Origin: Octopus sinensis
Lineage: Eukaryota
Length of the DNA: 64,000 bases
NCBI RefSeq assembly: GCF_006345805.1
Contig: NC_043024.1
Span: 10,230,001-10,294,000 of the forward strand
Direction of reading: 5' to 3'
Shown: piece after piece, positions 1 to 13,370 of the stretch
How the letters are laid out: the number at the start of each line of letters is the position of its first letter
Numbering within the stretch: position 1 is the first letter of the stretch
Notes under the pieces: model-generated
Seen by the model: the letters and a program-made list of their open reading frames with translations, nothing else
Told to the model about the DNA's origin: nothing
Databases searched by the model: none
Made by a program: the position numbers and the translations under genes

Positions 1-422
1 TCAGAAACCACATTTAAGGAGGCGAGTGTAGGTTCCATCCAACCGCCTCTCAAGCTTCTTTGATAACGTCCAGGTTTCTGAGCCATATAGTAGAATTGGT
101 TCGACTGTGGCTTTGAAGATTTCAAGTTTGAAGTCTCTACTTAGATTTGATGACCAGATCTTATGCATGTCATTACAGGCTGACCAGGCCATACCCTTTC
201 TAGTTAGAAAGTCTTTTCCAGATGATGATATGTATGACTCAAGATATTTATAATCAGAAACCACATTTAAGGAGGCGAGTGTAGGTTCCATCCAACCGCC
301 TCTCAAGCTTCTTTGATAACGTCCAGGTTTCTGAGCCATATAGTAGAATTGGTTCGACTGTGGCTTTGAAGATTTCAAGTTTGAAGTCTCTACTTAGATT
401 TGATGACCAGATCTTATGCATA
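1..422 (-). mobile_element. Non-LTR retrotransposon RT C-terminal fragment (RTE-like) with internal 253-bp-period duplication
   Basis: Minus frame gives IFKATVEPILLYGSETWTL...RRLDGTYTRLL. Bases 1-169 recur at 254-422. Confidence 0.7.
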
Positions 423-519
423 TCATCTTATGCATGACTGACCACAGCATGGGCCACACAGTGACCACTGACAACTACTAAAGCAAAACCTGTTGTTACA
501 AACAGAATTAAGCTATGAA

Positions 520-790
520 TAGGCATATTCCAAGGTGACAGTTTATCTGTAATGTTGTTTATGCAGTCAGTGAACCCCTTGTGGGCCTTGTTGACAAAAT
601 GCCGTGGCTACATGTTGGGAGATGCAGAAAGGAATAAAATTAATGTCACCCACACATTGATGACCTAAAGTTATATTCTGATTAATTGATCGACATTAAG
701 GGACAATTGGAACTAGTCACAACATTCTCGCGAGATATAGGAATGGAGTTTGGGAAGGATAAATGCTCATACTTGATGGTCAATCGAGGA
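520..790 (+). mobile_element. Degenerate R4/Dong-type (RLE clade) RT fragment
   Basis: Translates as GIFQGDSLS..., DDLKLYS and FSRDIGMEFGKDKC, with frameshifts. Confidence 0.7.
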
Positions 791-825
791 AAGACCAGAC
801 AGAGATGGACATCAATGGTTTATTT

Positions 826-1058
826 ATCTCTTTACTCTTTACTCTTGTACTTTTTTCAGTCATTTGACTGCGGCCATGCTGGAGCACCGCCTTTAGTCGA
901 GCATACCGACCCCAGGACTTATTCTTTGTAAGTCTAGTACTTATTCTATTGGTCTCTTTTGCCGAACCGCTAAGTTACGGGGGCGTAAACACACCAGCAT
1001 CGGTTGTCAAGCGATGTTGGGGGGACAAGCACAGACACAGAAACACACACACACATGC

Positions 1059-1106
<48 letters not shown>

Positions 1107-1390
1107 CCGGAGTAAACCAGAAATGTGAAACAAGGTGGAAAAAAGAGTACTCAAATACGAGGGGTAGAGTAATATCGGTTCTATCTTAAGAAAACTGTCC
1201 GACGAACGGGAACGTGAAACTCCGAGTAACAGATTTTGTTGAATTTCTGCTGCTTCTAAATAAAGTATATATATATATACATATATACGACGGGCTTCTT
1301 TCAGTTTCCGTCTACCAAATCCACTCACAAGGCTTTGGTCAGCTCGAGGCTATAGCAGAAGACACTCGCCCAAGGTGCCACGCAGTGGAG
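826..1390 (-). mobile_element. tRNA-derived SINE family A (dominant repeat; about 20 further copies or fragments in the window)
   Basis: Same head (ggagtggctgtgtggtaagtagc...ggttcagtccc), internal (TA)n(GT)n tract and tail (cagtcaaatgactgaaacaagtaaaagag) as copies at 11672-12115, 13650-14075, 38560-38965, 39285-39675, 41780-42135, 48625-49045, 50378-50790, 54890-55295 and 58800-59220. Confidence 0.85.
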
Positions 1391-1742
1391 CCAGGCTAGT
1401 TTAATCAAGATTTGAACAATTTAGTAAGAGACTTAGCATTGTCAAAGGAGAGGGTAGAAGTTTTGGAATCCAAACGGATGGACAGACAGACAGATAGACA
1501 GGTAGATACAATAATGCCGCGTTTATCGCGGGCGTTATGTTTCAAAACACCCCGCGATAGGTGAAAATCCGCGAAGTAAAAACAGTACTGTACTCTATTT
1601 TTTATTATTTTTATAATTCCTATATACTTATTTTATTATAAATGCAAACCAACACCACGGAGGAACCGATGTAAGCTTGAATAATAAACCGCGATAAGTG
1701 AACCGCGGTAGGTGAACCGTGATATTGAGAGGGCTTACTGTC

Positions 1743-1776
<34 letters not shown>

Positions 1777-1818
1777 CGGATGGACGGACGGATTGACGGA
1801 CGAAAAGATAGATAAACA

Positions 1819-1853
<35 letters not shown>

Positions 1854-1949
1854 GTGTGTGTGTGTATGTATGTGTGTGTGTGTGTGTGTGTCTACTCGTC
1901 AATTAAAACTTCCTGTTCTATATCTAATTGCATCAATGAGTTGCTTCAC

Positions 1950-2765
1950 ACACACACACACCACCACCACCACCATCACCACCACCACCATCACCACCAC
2001 CACCATCACTATCACCACCACCACCGCAACCACCACCACCACTACCTCCTCCTTCACCACTACCACCACCAGCAACACCATCACCACCACCATCACCACC
2101 ATCACCACCACCACCACCACCACCACCACCACCACCACCAGCAACACCATCACCACCACACATCACCACCATCACCACCATCACCACCATCACAACCACC
2201 ATCACCACCACCACCACCATCACCACCACCACCATCACTATCACCACCACCACCGCAACCACCACCACCACTACCTCCCCTCCTTCACCACCACCACCAC
2301 CACCACCAACACCAACACCACCACTACCATCACCACTACCTCCTCCTCCTCCTCCTCCTTCATCAACATCACCACTACCACCACAACCACCACCGCCACC
2401 ACCACCACCACCACCACCACCACTACCTCCTTCTCCTGCACCACCACGACCACCACCGCCACCACCACCACCACCACCACCACCATCACCACTACCTCCT
2501 TCTCCTGCACCACCACAACCACCACCGCCACCACCACCACCACCACCACCACCACTACCTCCTTCTCCTGCACCACCACGACCACCACCACCATCACCAC
2601 TACCACCTCCTCCTCCTCCTCCTTCACCACCATCACCATCACCACCACCACCACTACCACCACCACCACCATCATCACCACCACCACCACCACCACCATC
2701 ACCACCACCACCACTACTTCCTCCTCCTCCTCTTCCTCCTTCACCACCACGACCACCACCCACCA
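1950..2765. repeat. Compound (CAC/ACC)n microsatellite with about 60-bp higher-order units
   Basis: Directly visible; the unit cactacctccttctcctgcaccaccac recurs three times. Confidence 0.95.
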
Positions 2766-2994
2766 ATGGACGTTCGCTCCTGGGGATGTTTTAAGACTTG
2801 TTTTCAAATTCTTTGATAATTCGATAATGAATGATTAATTCGGCGGTGAACATCAAAGGAAAAGCTCAAATGAGGGGTCGTTGACCTTTCACCTGTGTAA
2901 AATAAGGGTCCAATAAGGATGAAAGCAACTTATTTATTCCGTTGGCTTCTTCTTGCCTCGTCCATTTGTATAAATATAACTGACAATCATTGCC

Positions 2995-2997
2995 GAT

Positions 2998-3031
<34 letters not shown>

Positions 3032-3184
3032 CCATCATCACCATCATCATCATCATCATCATCATCGTCGTCGTCATCATCATCATCATCATCATCGTCA
3101 TCGTCATCGTCATCATCATCATCATCACCATCATCAACGTCATCACCATCATCATCATCATCATCATCGTCATCATCATCATCG

Positions 3185-3226
<42 letters not shown>

Positions 3227-3236
3227 ACGTCATCAC

Positions 3237-3269
<33 letters not shown>

Positions 3270-3860
3270 CAGTACTATCATCGTTATCATCATCATCATT
3301 ATCATCATTATCTTTATTGTCAACTACCCATCCCCTCTTTCTCTCTCCTTCCTATCAATTTATCTATCAGTTTGTTTCTACCTGCATTGTGCGTGTGTGT
3401 CTATGTGTGTGTGTCTATGTGTGTGTGTCTATGTGCGTGTGTCTATGTGCGTGTGTCTATGTGTGTGTGTCTATGTGCGTGTGTCTATGCGTGTGTGTCT
3501 ATGTGCGTGTGTCTATGCGTGTGTGTCTATGTGTGTGTCTATGTGTGTGTGTCTATGTGTGTGTGTCTATGTGTGTGTGTCTATGTGCGTGTGTCTATGT
3601 GCGTGTGTCTATGTGTGTGTGTCTATGTGCGTGTGTGTATGTGTGTGTGTCTATGTGTGTGCGTCTATGTGTGTGTGTCTATGTGCGTGTGTCTATGCGT
3701 GTGTGTCTATGTGTGTGTGTCTATGTGTGTGTGTCTATGTGCGTGTGTGTATGTGTGTGTGTCTATGTGTGTGCGTCTATGTGTGTGTGTCTATGTGCGT
3801 GTGTCTATGCGTGTGTGTCTATGTGTGTGTGTCTATGTGTGTGTGTCTATGTGTGTGTGT
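2995..3860. repeat. (CAT)n array followed by (GT)n-CTAT minisatellite
   Basis: Directly visible. Confidence 0.95.
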
Positions 3861-4005
3861 TCCTCATGTAAATGCAATTTCGTTCTTACATAACTGAAAT
3901 AACTTTAAGATATATTGATTTTATAAATTACAATATTACTACTCTTATAATAACTTTCTCATACCTCTGTTTATATTTTATCTAAAATGAATAATATAAA
4001 GCATC

Positions 4006-4057
<52 letters not shown>

Positions 4058-4610
4058 CAAATAGGCCAGACATCATATTGAAAGACTTCAAACAAAGAAC
4101 ATGCCTCCTCATTGATATGACTGTCCCAATCGATATAAACGTATCTGTCAGGACCTACCAAAAACTGAGCAAATATAAAGATCTTGAAATAGAAATCAGC
4201 AAAATGTGGAAGCTGAAGACTAAAACAATACTGTTGTCATAGGTGCCCTGGGAATGATAGCAAAAGGTCTGATAGCTACCTAACTCAGATACCAGGAAAC
4301 CCAAAAATGGCAGAAGTTCAAAAGATAGTGCTCATGGGACTGCTCATATCCTACGCAAAATACTCTCTATGTAACCTCAAGGTTTAAAACAACCATAATT
4401 TTCGGTTTAAAAAAAAAAAAAAAAAAAAACTTTTTTTTTTTTAGACATTCATTAGTACAACATCCCCACCCCCCAAATATATGGCACACTAGGCATAACA
4501 ACAACATGAACTTCCAACCCTGTTGTCTCTTGAGGTCTCTGGGTGAGACTTGGAGCCAACTTGTACAAATATAAAGCAAAAGTCAAACATAGAATAATAA
4601 TAATAATAAT
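4058..4610 (+). mobile_element. 5'-truncated R4/Dong-type LINE 3' end inside a (TAA)n microsatellite
   Basis: RLE motifs RPDII...LIDMTVP...KLSKYKDL, ending ILRKILSM*. 3' UTR ends in (AAT)n and the 5' flank is about 17 TAA units. The 3' UTR recurs on the minus strand at 16260-16450. Confidence 0.8.
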
Positions 4611-4719
4611 TGATGTACATTTAAGTGTAGGTGTATGTATGTATGTATATGTATATGTATAAGTATGTATATATGTGTGAGTGTTTATATTTATAACTTA
4701 ACCTATTGTACTTTCCAAA

Positions 4720-4843
4720 ATCTCTGACGAAGCCTACAGAGACACCCAAGTACCTCAATTTCATCTACTAATTACTTCAGTCTACTGGAGGGATAAAGGT
4801 TAAATGAGGTATTTTTACCTCTTGGCTGAAACAGCTGTAAGAT
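4720..4843 (+). ncRNA. Type I hammerhead ribozyme motif (Penelope-type) with long helix II insertion
   Basis: ATCT-CTGACGA(4724-30)-AGCC...GGCT-GAAA(4828-31)-CagctG-TA^AGAT. Confidence 0.6.
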
Positions 4844-5051
4844 ATGTTCCCAAATTCTATTCCTGTATGTTATATATTTTAATAATTACTGGTATCTTTA
4901 TATATCAATATATTTTATATGTAAAGCAAATGTTCAAATGTTATACATGTATGTATATTCTTGTAATTGTCATTTTAATAAATAAATAAATTGACGTAAT
5001 ATAATGTCTAAAAGTTGATGAACCACCTATTGATCCCCTCTATTTCTTGTT

Positions 5052-5083
<32 letters not shown>

Positions 5084-5090
5084 ATATATA

Positions 5091-5684
<594 letters not shown>

Positions 5685-7133
5685 TACAAATTATAAAAAT
5701 AATTAAAGGAATATACAGTACAGTATTGTTTATAATTCGCAGATTTTTTACCTATCGTGGTGGGTTTTTGGAACGTAATACCAGCGATAGTCGCTAGATG
5801 ACTGTATTCGATTAAAGAGAAACACGGACATGGAAAATGCAAGAATGTTTATTGGTCACTGCAATTGTTTCATCTCAACAAGCATCGATCCCTCAGGTAG
5901 GGATACTGGACATCTGGTTTAGGTGTATCCGTCTGTGTAGATGTATCTCCTCGGGTGATTCCAAAGGGTATCTCAATTTTGCACATTAAGGTACACAGCT
6001 TCCCACTTATAGAAGATCCATAGCAAATACGTGTGTGTGTGTGTGTGCGTGTTTGTTTGTTTGTGCGTGTGTGTGTTTGAGTGTGTACGTGCGTGTTTGT
6101 GTGTGTGTGAGTGTGTACGTGCGTTTGTTTGTGTGTGTGTGTGTGAGTGTGTGTGTGCATAGATAGGTAGACACATAGATAGACAGACAGACGAATAGAG
6201 TTCATACACACATACACATATTTATTTCTTTATTGCACACAAGGGGCTAAACATAGTGGGGACAAACAAGGACAGACAGAGGGATTAAATCGATTACCTC
6301 GACCCCAGTGCGTAACTGGTACTTCATTAATCGACCCCGAAAGGACGAAAAGCAACTAAAAATATAAAAATTGTGAAATGAGAGAAGGGAGTGAACTCTT
6401 GTAACCAGTTCTCTCCCTTGTTCCATTTCACAATTTTTATATATTGAGGTTCTTAACTCGCAAATTTCACCTTTGACCAGAAAATAGATTGAATTACTTT
6501 CTCTGTAATTTTTGTCACAACAACAAATGACGTCATGGAAACTGAACGTGCACACCAACACATACTGATAAAAAACCGATCATAACCACGTGTATACATA
6601 CATACACACATACATACATATATGTGTGTGTGTGTGTATGAGTATATGTATACAGACTCACACACACAAACACGCATACACATGTATATACAAATACATA
6701 TATATCGATATATTATATACATGCATGAATACATATACATACACAGACACATACATACATATATGCATGTGTCTGTGTATGTATGAGTATATGTATGTAT
6801 ACAGACACACACACACATATATTTATATACAAATATATATATATACAAATATATATATAGAGAGAGATATATTACATACATACTTAAATACATACATACA
6901 TACATACATACATAATACATACATACATACATACATACGAATACACACATATATGCGATTGTGTACGTGTACGTATGTGTATGTGTGCGTGCATGTGTGT
7001 GTGTATGTATGTCAAATTCTTTATTTTTCGCCAAAAGTTTCGAGATGGTGTGACTCAAAGCAGTCTATACCTCGGGTGGGCTCTTGAAGAGGGGGACAAG
7101 AGACCAACAGTTGTCAGGCAGAAATGGAACACC

Positions 7134-7194
<61 letters not shown>

Positions 7195-7410
7195 GTAATA
7201 ATAGTAATAATAATAATAATAATAGTAATAATAGTAATAATAATAATAATAATAATAGTAATAATAATAATAATAACAGCAACAACAACAGAGACAAAAT
7301 TGAAACTACAAAAAGCGATTCTCTGAAACAGAAGTCATGGATTTTGGAACAGCATTCTCATATTTGATTACGAAACTAGTAATCATTGGTACGTATTTGG
7401 GCCCCACCCC

Positions 7411-7470
<60 letters not shown>

Positions 7471-8190
7471 GTGTACACATACCCAACATACATATATACG
7501 TACACATGCACTCGCTCGCATGTACACACACAGATACATACATGCATGTACACACACAGATATTGACACATACACAAATACACCCCCGTGCGCACGCGCA
7601 GAGTTTGAATCCTTTGATGTGTATGTGTGTGTGCATAAATGGGAAGAACACTATTTGGACAATTTGCTCTTGGATGGCCACGGCTGCACACAGACAGCAC
7701 ACAGCCTGATCTTTCTTGGTCTGGCCGTTGTCCATGCAACATCGATATTCCTTCATCTGTCAGGGAAAACTTGTATCCCTGCCGTAAGGCTTCATTCCCA
7801 CACACGCCAGCTAAATTCAATTCGTCCTTAGTCGAAAGACACCTGTTGTTATGTCCTGCTATCATTATTATTATTGTATTGATATTTGTGTAACTTTGTC
7901 CGTTTTTTCCGTCCTTGGTTTTGTATACATTCGTTGCTTTCTTCCAAGGAATCTAATGCTCTTAGCTTAGTTTTTCCTTGGGGCTGGCCAGATTGGAGCA
8001 ATCTCAAGAATAATCAGCCGAAATTGCGAGGATAATCTGGTGCTTGACTGAGGAAAGAAAATTTCGAATGACCCGTCCTTGTTTTCTTTGTATCGACTAT
8101 CTGGATGTTTTGTTGTCCCTTTTTGTATCACCTAGCTCTCCGGGTGTTTTGCGGTGTAATGTCATTAATATTTATTTTTTATTTTCGCAG

Positions 8191-8262
8191 ATGAAATAAA
8201 CGAATTCATAAATTTATGTACACAGAAAGTTCAAGCATCGAAATTAGCACATATGTTTGAAG
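8191..8262 (+). CDS. Candidate 72-nt internal exon of an uncharacterised membrane-protein gene
   Basis: tttattttcgcag acceptor and ag|gtatgt donor; open phase-1/phase-1 frame EINEFINLCTQKVQASKLAHMFE. Confidence 0.55.
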
Positions 8263-9905
8263 GTATGTTTATAGACACAAACATGCACACACACACACAC
8301 ACGGGCACATATACACACACGTCTACACACACATACTTCAGATACAAAAGCACTGCCGGTTTCATCCTTGCATTCTTGTTCTTTTATTCTGTTATTATTT
8401 TATTCGTTTCAGTCATTTGACTGCAGCCATGCTGGAGCACCGCCTTTTGTCGAGCAAATCGATCCCAGGACTCATTCTTTGGAAACCTAGTACTTATTCT
8501 ATCGGTCTATTTTGCCGAACCGCTATGGTTCCGGGTTCAGTCCTACTGCATGGCTCCTTGGGCAAGTATCTTCTACTATAGCCTCAGGCCAACCAAAGCC
8601 TTGTGAGTGGTTTTGGTAGAAGGAAACTGAAAGAAGCCTGTCGTATATATGTGTGTGTGTGTGTGTGTGCGTGTGTCTGTTTGTCCCCCACTAGTATTTG
8701 ACAACCCTGGTTCCAGGTTCAGTCCCATTGCGTGGCACCTTGGGCAAGTATCTTCTACTGTAGCCTCGGCCGACCAAAGCCTTGTGAGTGGATTTGGTAG
8801 ACGGAAACTGAAAGAAGCCCGTCATTATATATATGTATGTGTGTGTATATGTTTGTGTGTTTGTGTTTGATAACCGATGCTGGTGTGTTTACGTCCCCGT
8901 AACATAGCGGTTCGGCAAAAGGGGCCGATAGAATAAGTACTAGGCTTCCAAAGAATATGTCCTGGGGTCGATTTGCTCGACTAAAGGTGGTGCTCCAGCA
9001 TGGCCGCAGTCAAATGATTGAAACAAGTATATATTTTTACCGTTATTGTTTTTACGTTTTTGTATTCTTATTGGTGTCACGTATTCTGTATTTTTGTTTA
9101 TGTACTTCGTTCGTTTTCCGTCCTCGCGTTGTATACATTCGAAGCTTTCTTCCAGGGGATCTAATGCGCTTGGCTTAGATTTCCCTTGGCGGGCTGGCCA
9201 TATCGGAGCAATCTCAAGATTAATCAGCCGAAATTGCTAGATGATCTGGTTCTTGACTGATGACTGAGGGCTTCGAATGTCCCGTCCTGTGGTTCTTGTG
9301 TCGTCTCTGTGGTTTTCATGTTCTTATCCATGTCTGTAATTATTTTTACTGTTTACCTATATATATATATATATATATGGTTGGGGAGATAAATTATTTG
9401 AGCTATTTTAAATATAGAGTTCGCTCCCTTCGTTTTATTTATAACTACAAAAAAAACAACTCCACCATATCGCCTAAATATGACAGTACAAGTAATTAGA
9501 TATATAAATAGTTGTATAGATATTTTTAAGTACTAAATGACTAAGGAGTTTATTGATTAAGTGACTTAACAATATTACATGGAATCTTGCATTTTAGGCA
9601 TTTGGCAGATGGAGTCTTCATTTGAAACAATTTGTCAGATATAATAAACCCTATAATAACCCCAGATATAATCAGACAATAACCCCTTCCCCATGGACAA
9701 CTAGCCCTGAAGACAACAGATGATGATTTAAAACTGCCTAATATGTTGGAGAGGGGGCAATTAACCAAGCGGGGTAATTGCCTCGAGGTGTAATTGTCCT
9801 GATACGATATAAATGTACCGTAAATCCTCGAGTATAGTCCGCCCTTGAGTATAATACGCAGGGGATTTTTAGAGGGCTGTACCTCTGAAGAACCTAAACC
9901 TTGTG

Positions 9906-10127
9906 GGATCTTTTCCTTTTGAACGGCAGTTTTCAACACAATTTCTAGTTAACTAAACACTTTTAAACTTCGTATACTGGTAGAATGTGTCAAAATAAAA
10001 CATTTTTCCTCAAGAAAACCAAGAGAAAAAAATGTTTTATTTTGACATTCTACCAGTATACGAAGTTTAAAAGTGTTTAGTTAACTAGAAATTATGTTGA
10101 AAACTGCCGTTCAAAAGGAAAAGATCC
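9906..10127. mobile_element. Palindromic MITE, GGATC...GATCC termini, 8-bp TSD
   Basis: Near-perfect fold-back; TSD accttgtg at 9898-9905 and 10128-10135. Confidence 0.9.
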
Positions 10128-10470
10128 ACCTTGTGTATAATACGCACCCATTCTCTAACTTGAGTCAAGGAGATCTATATAACATCCTTGGTTTGTAAAA
10201 ATGTATACGGTAACGTCCTTTATTATTATTGTATAAATAACATAATGCAAATGTGTAGCTTTTTTGTGCATTTTGTTTGCAGAAAATAAAGAAATAACAG
10301 TAATAACGTTTAATAAATGTTGCTTATTGCAAGTTATGGATGATTCTTTTATGACTTCATTGCTTTCAGGCTTAGCTTAAGGTATTTTCGCGCCCGACAT
10401 CACAAAATGCGTCTGAATAAACATTGCCGGACAGCAAATAGAGACTCGGACATTGCTTAGAAAATAATTT

Positions 10471-10900
10471 GGATCTTTTCGATTTGAACGGCAGTTTTTT
10501 CTAGCGGTGTCATATGAAATTGTCACTCATAATTATGACCCTAGTATCGATCTATTGCATTTCAATCTGTTTTAGGGTTAGGGTTAGTTAGGGTTAGGGG
10601 TGGGGGAAAAGGTATCTTTTTTTCTTCACAAATGTAAATAAATCCAATCTGTTTCTTAAACGAGGGACATATTCATACGACACAGAATGTTTTTTTTACC
10701 TCAATAGACGTCATTGATTGGTTGAAATTGCAGAAATTGAAGAAAAAAAAACAACAAATATCTTACAAACTATAGAATTTTCTCAATAAAACCAAGAGAA
10801 AAAGATGTTTTATAAACACATTCCACCAGTATACGAAGTTTAAAATTTTTTAGTTGCCTAGAAATTATGTTAAAAACTGCCGTTCAAACCGAAAAGATCC
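10471..10900. mobile_element. Longer member of the GGATC MITE family, 8-bp TSD
   Basis: TIRs ggatcttttcg...cgaaaagatcc; TSD aataattt/aatagttt. Partial copies near 12868, 14407 and 23458. Confidence 0.8.
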
Positions 10901-11030
10901 AATAGTTTTCATTTCTAACCTCGTATATAGTACGCACTAGGGATTTTGACCTTTAAATTTTTGGGGGGAAATGCGGATTATACTCGAGGATTTACGGTAA
11001 ACATCTTTGTATTTTTTGCAGACGACACGA

Positions 11031-11200
11031 AAGATGTTGCATTTCAAACCATTTTCAAAGAAAACACCGCACTCATCGCTACGGTGGCACTAATCCTGAT
11101 AGTCATATCATTTTACCTGGGATGTGTCTGCGCACAAAGTGAAGAAAGGGAAAAGCAGGAAAAACCAAGCAAACCAGACACAGAAGTGGCTGCGAGTTAA
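11031..11200 (+). CDS. Candidate transmembrane-helix (possibly terminal) exon
   Basis: ctttgtattttttgcag acceptor in phase 1; encodes TALIATVALILIVISFYLGCVCA followed by a charged tail. The stop lies in a SINE head, so the 3' boundary is uncertain. Confidence 0.45.
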
Positions 11201-11373
11201 GTAGCTTGCTTACCAACCACATGGTTCTGGGTTCAGTCCCACTGCGTGCGTGGCACCTTAGGTAAGTGTCTTCTACTATAGCCTCGGGCCGACCAAAACC
11301 TTGTGAGTGGATTTGGTAGACGGAAACTGAAAGAAGCCCGTCGTATATATGTATATGTACATATATAATGTAC

Positions 11374-11477
<104 letters not shown>

Positions 11478-11829
11478 CTTTACTGCCCACAAGGGGCTAA
11501 ACATAGAGGGGACAAACAAAGACAGACAAAGAGATTAAGTTGATTACATCAACCCCAGTGCGTAACTGGTACTTAATTTATCGACCCCGAAAGGATGAAA
11601 GGCAAAGTCGACCTCGGCGGAATTTGAACTCAGAACATAACGACAGACGAAATACCGCTAAGCATTTCGCAGGAATGGCTGTGTGGTAAGTAGCTTGCTT
11701 ACGAACCACATGGTTTCGGGTTCAGTCCTACTGCGTGGCACCTTGGGCAAGTGTCTTCTGCTATAGCCTCGGGCCGACCAAAGCCTTGTGAGTGGATTTT
11801 TGTAGATGGAAACTGAAAGAAGCCCGTCG

Positions 11830-11903
<74 letters not shown>

Positions 11904-12200
11904 TGTGTCTGTGTTTGTCCCCCTAGCATTGCTTGACAACCGATGCTGGTGTGTTTAAGTCGCCGTAACTTAGCGGTTCGGCAAAAGACAACCGATAGAA
12001 TAAGTACTGGGCTTACAAAGAATAAGTCCTGGGGTTGAGTTGCTCGACTTAAAGGCGGTGCTCCAGCATGGTCGCAGTCAAATGACTGAAACAAGTAAAA
12101 GAGTAAAGAGAGAGCAAAGAGTATAAAACGAAGTCGGAATCATTTACAAAACAAACAAGAATATAGGAATACAGAATAATAGAATGAGACACTCAGTTTC

Positions 12201-12230
12201 TGACGTGGCACTCATAATTCCATGACGTCA
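12201..12230 (+). promoter_or_regulatory. TGACGTGG (UPRE-like) and TGACGTCA (CRE) motifs upstream of TMCO1
   Basis: Exact motifs at 12201-12208 and 12223-12230, 130-160 nt before the ATG. Confidence 0.4.
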
Positions 12231-12360
12231 GTAGGACAACAAGAGTTATCCCGTTTCTAACGTCGTGGGACGAATAAAATTTCCTTCACGCCTGTAAATA
12301 TTATATATATAGAAATATATATACAGAATATATATAGTCTTATTATATATACAGTTAAAT

Positions 12361-12437
12361 ATGTTGGTGGATTGCCTTCTTATCGTGTTTATATCAATTT
12401 GTACGGCGCTACTCGGTGAAGGTAGGTAAAGTAGACC

Positions 12438-12468
<31 letters not shown>

Positions 12469-12484
12469 ATGTATAATGTGAGAG

Positions 12485-12520
<36 letters not shown>

Positions 12521-12621
12521 ATGTGAGTATATATATATATATATATAATTTATAAATGAATTATATTATTACATATACACAAATTTACATATCTATCTAC
12601 CAACGCACCCTATATATATTA

Positions 12622-12674
<53 letters not shown>

Positions 12675-13318
12675 ATATATATATATACATACACACATGC
12701 ATATATATGCATAAATATATATGTATGTTTATATATATACATACATACATATATATATATACCTGTACATCATCTCCAAACCTTCCGATATATATATATA
12801 ATATATATATATACATACATACATGTATATATATATATATGTATGTGTATATATATATATATACATAGGATCATTTCACTTTGACCGGCAGATTTTTAAA
12901 ATAATTTCTTTGTAACTAAACACATATGTATGTATATATATATATATATATACACACACATAGATATATCTATGTATATGTGGTAGTATATATATATATA
13001 TATATGTACGTATGTATGTATAATATTTTATAAATGAATTATATAAATATACACGAATTTACATATCTATCTACCAACGCATATTTGTATCTCTCTTTCT
13101 ATATATATATATATACATTCATATTCAGACACACCTACATTATATAGGTACTACTTAAAAAGAGTGGTCCCGGTGCGCGCACTCGCGCATCCGTGCTAGC
13201 TAGTCGTGACTTGTGTTTTATTTACTTTGCTAGATAGTCGTAGGATCGACTAGTCACGACTAGCTAACTCGAGTACGCGCACCGGTTCCACTCTCCTTAA
13301 GTAGTACCCATATATATA

Positions 13319-13370
<52 letters not shown>

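Larger units (their letters stand above)
9818..10997. mobile_element. TcMar-like MITE (TA TSD) hosting two nested MITEs
   Basis: TIRs ta-ccgtaaatcctcgagtata / tatactcgaggatttacgg-ta. Confidence 0.8.

Noticed and set aside
1818-3897. Long poly-His/Thr/Gly/Ser/CV ORFs (mucin-like appearance)
   Set aside because: By-products of stop-free microsatellites, open in several frames on both strands, with no splice or domain support.
6975-7367. Poly-Asn ORF
   Set aside because: Driven by (AAT)n; no convincing donor or homology.
9250-9290. CTGANGA motif in the four-copy repeat (N varies T/A/G)
   Set aside because: Followed by CGAAT rather than GAAA and lacks helices I and III; not a credible hammerhead.
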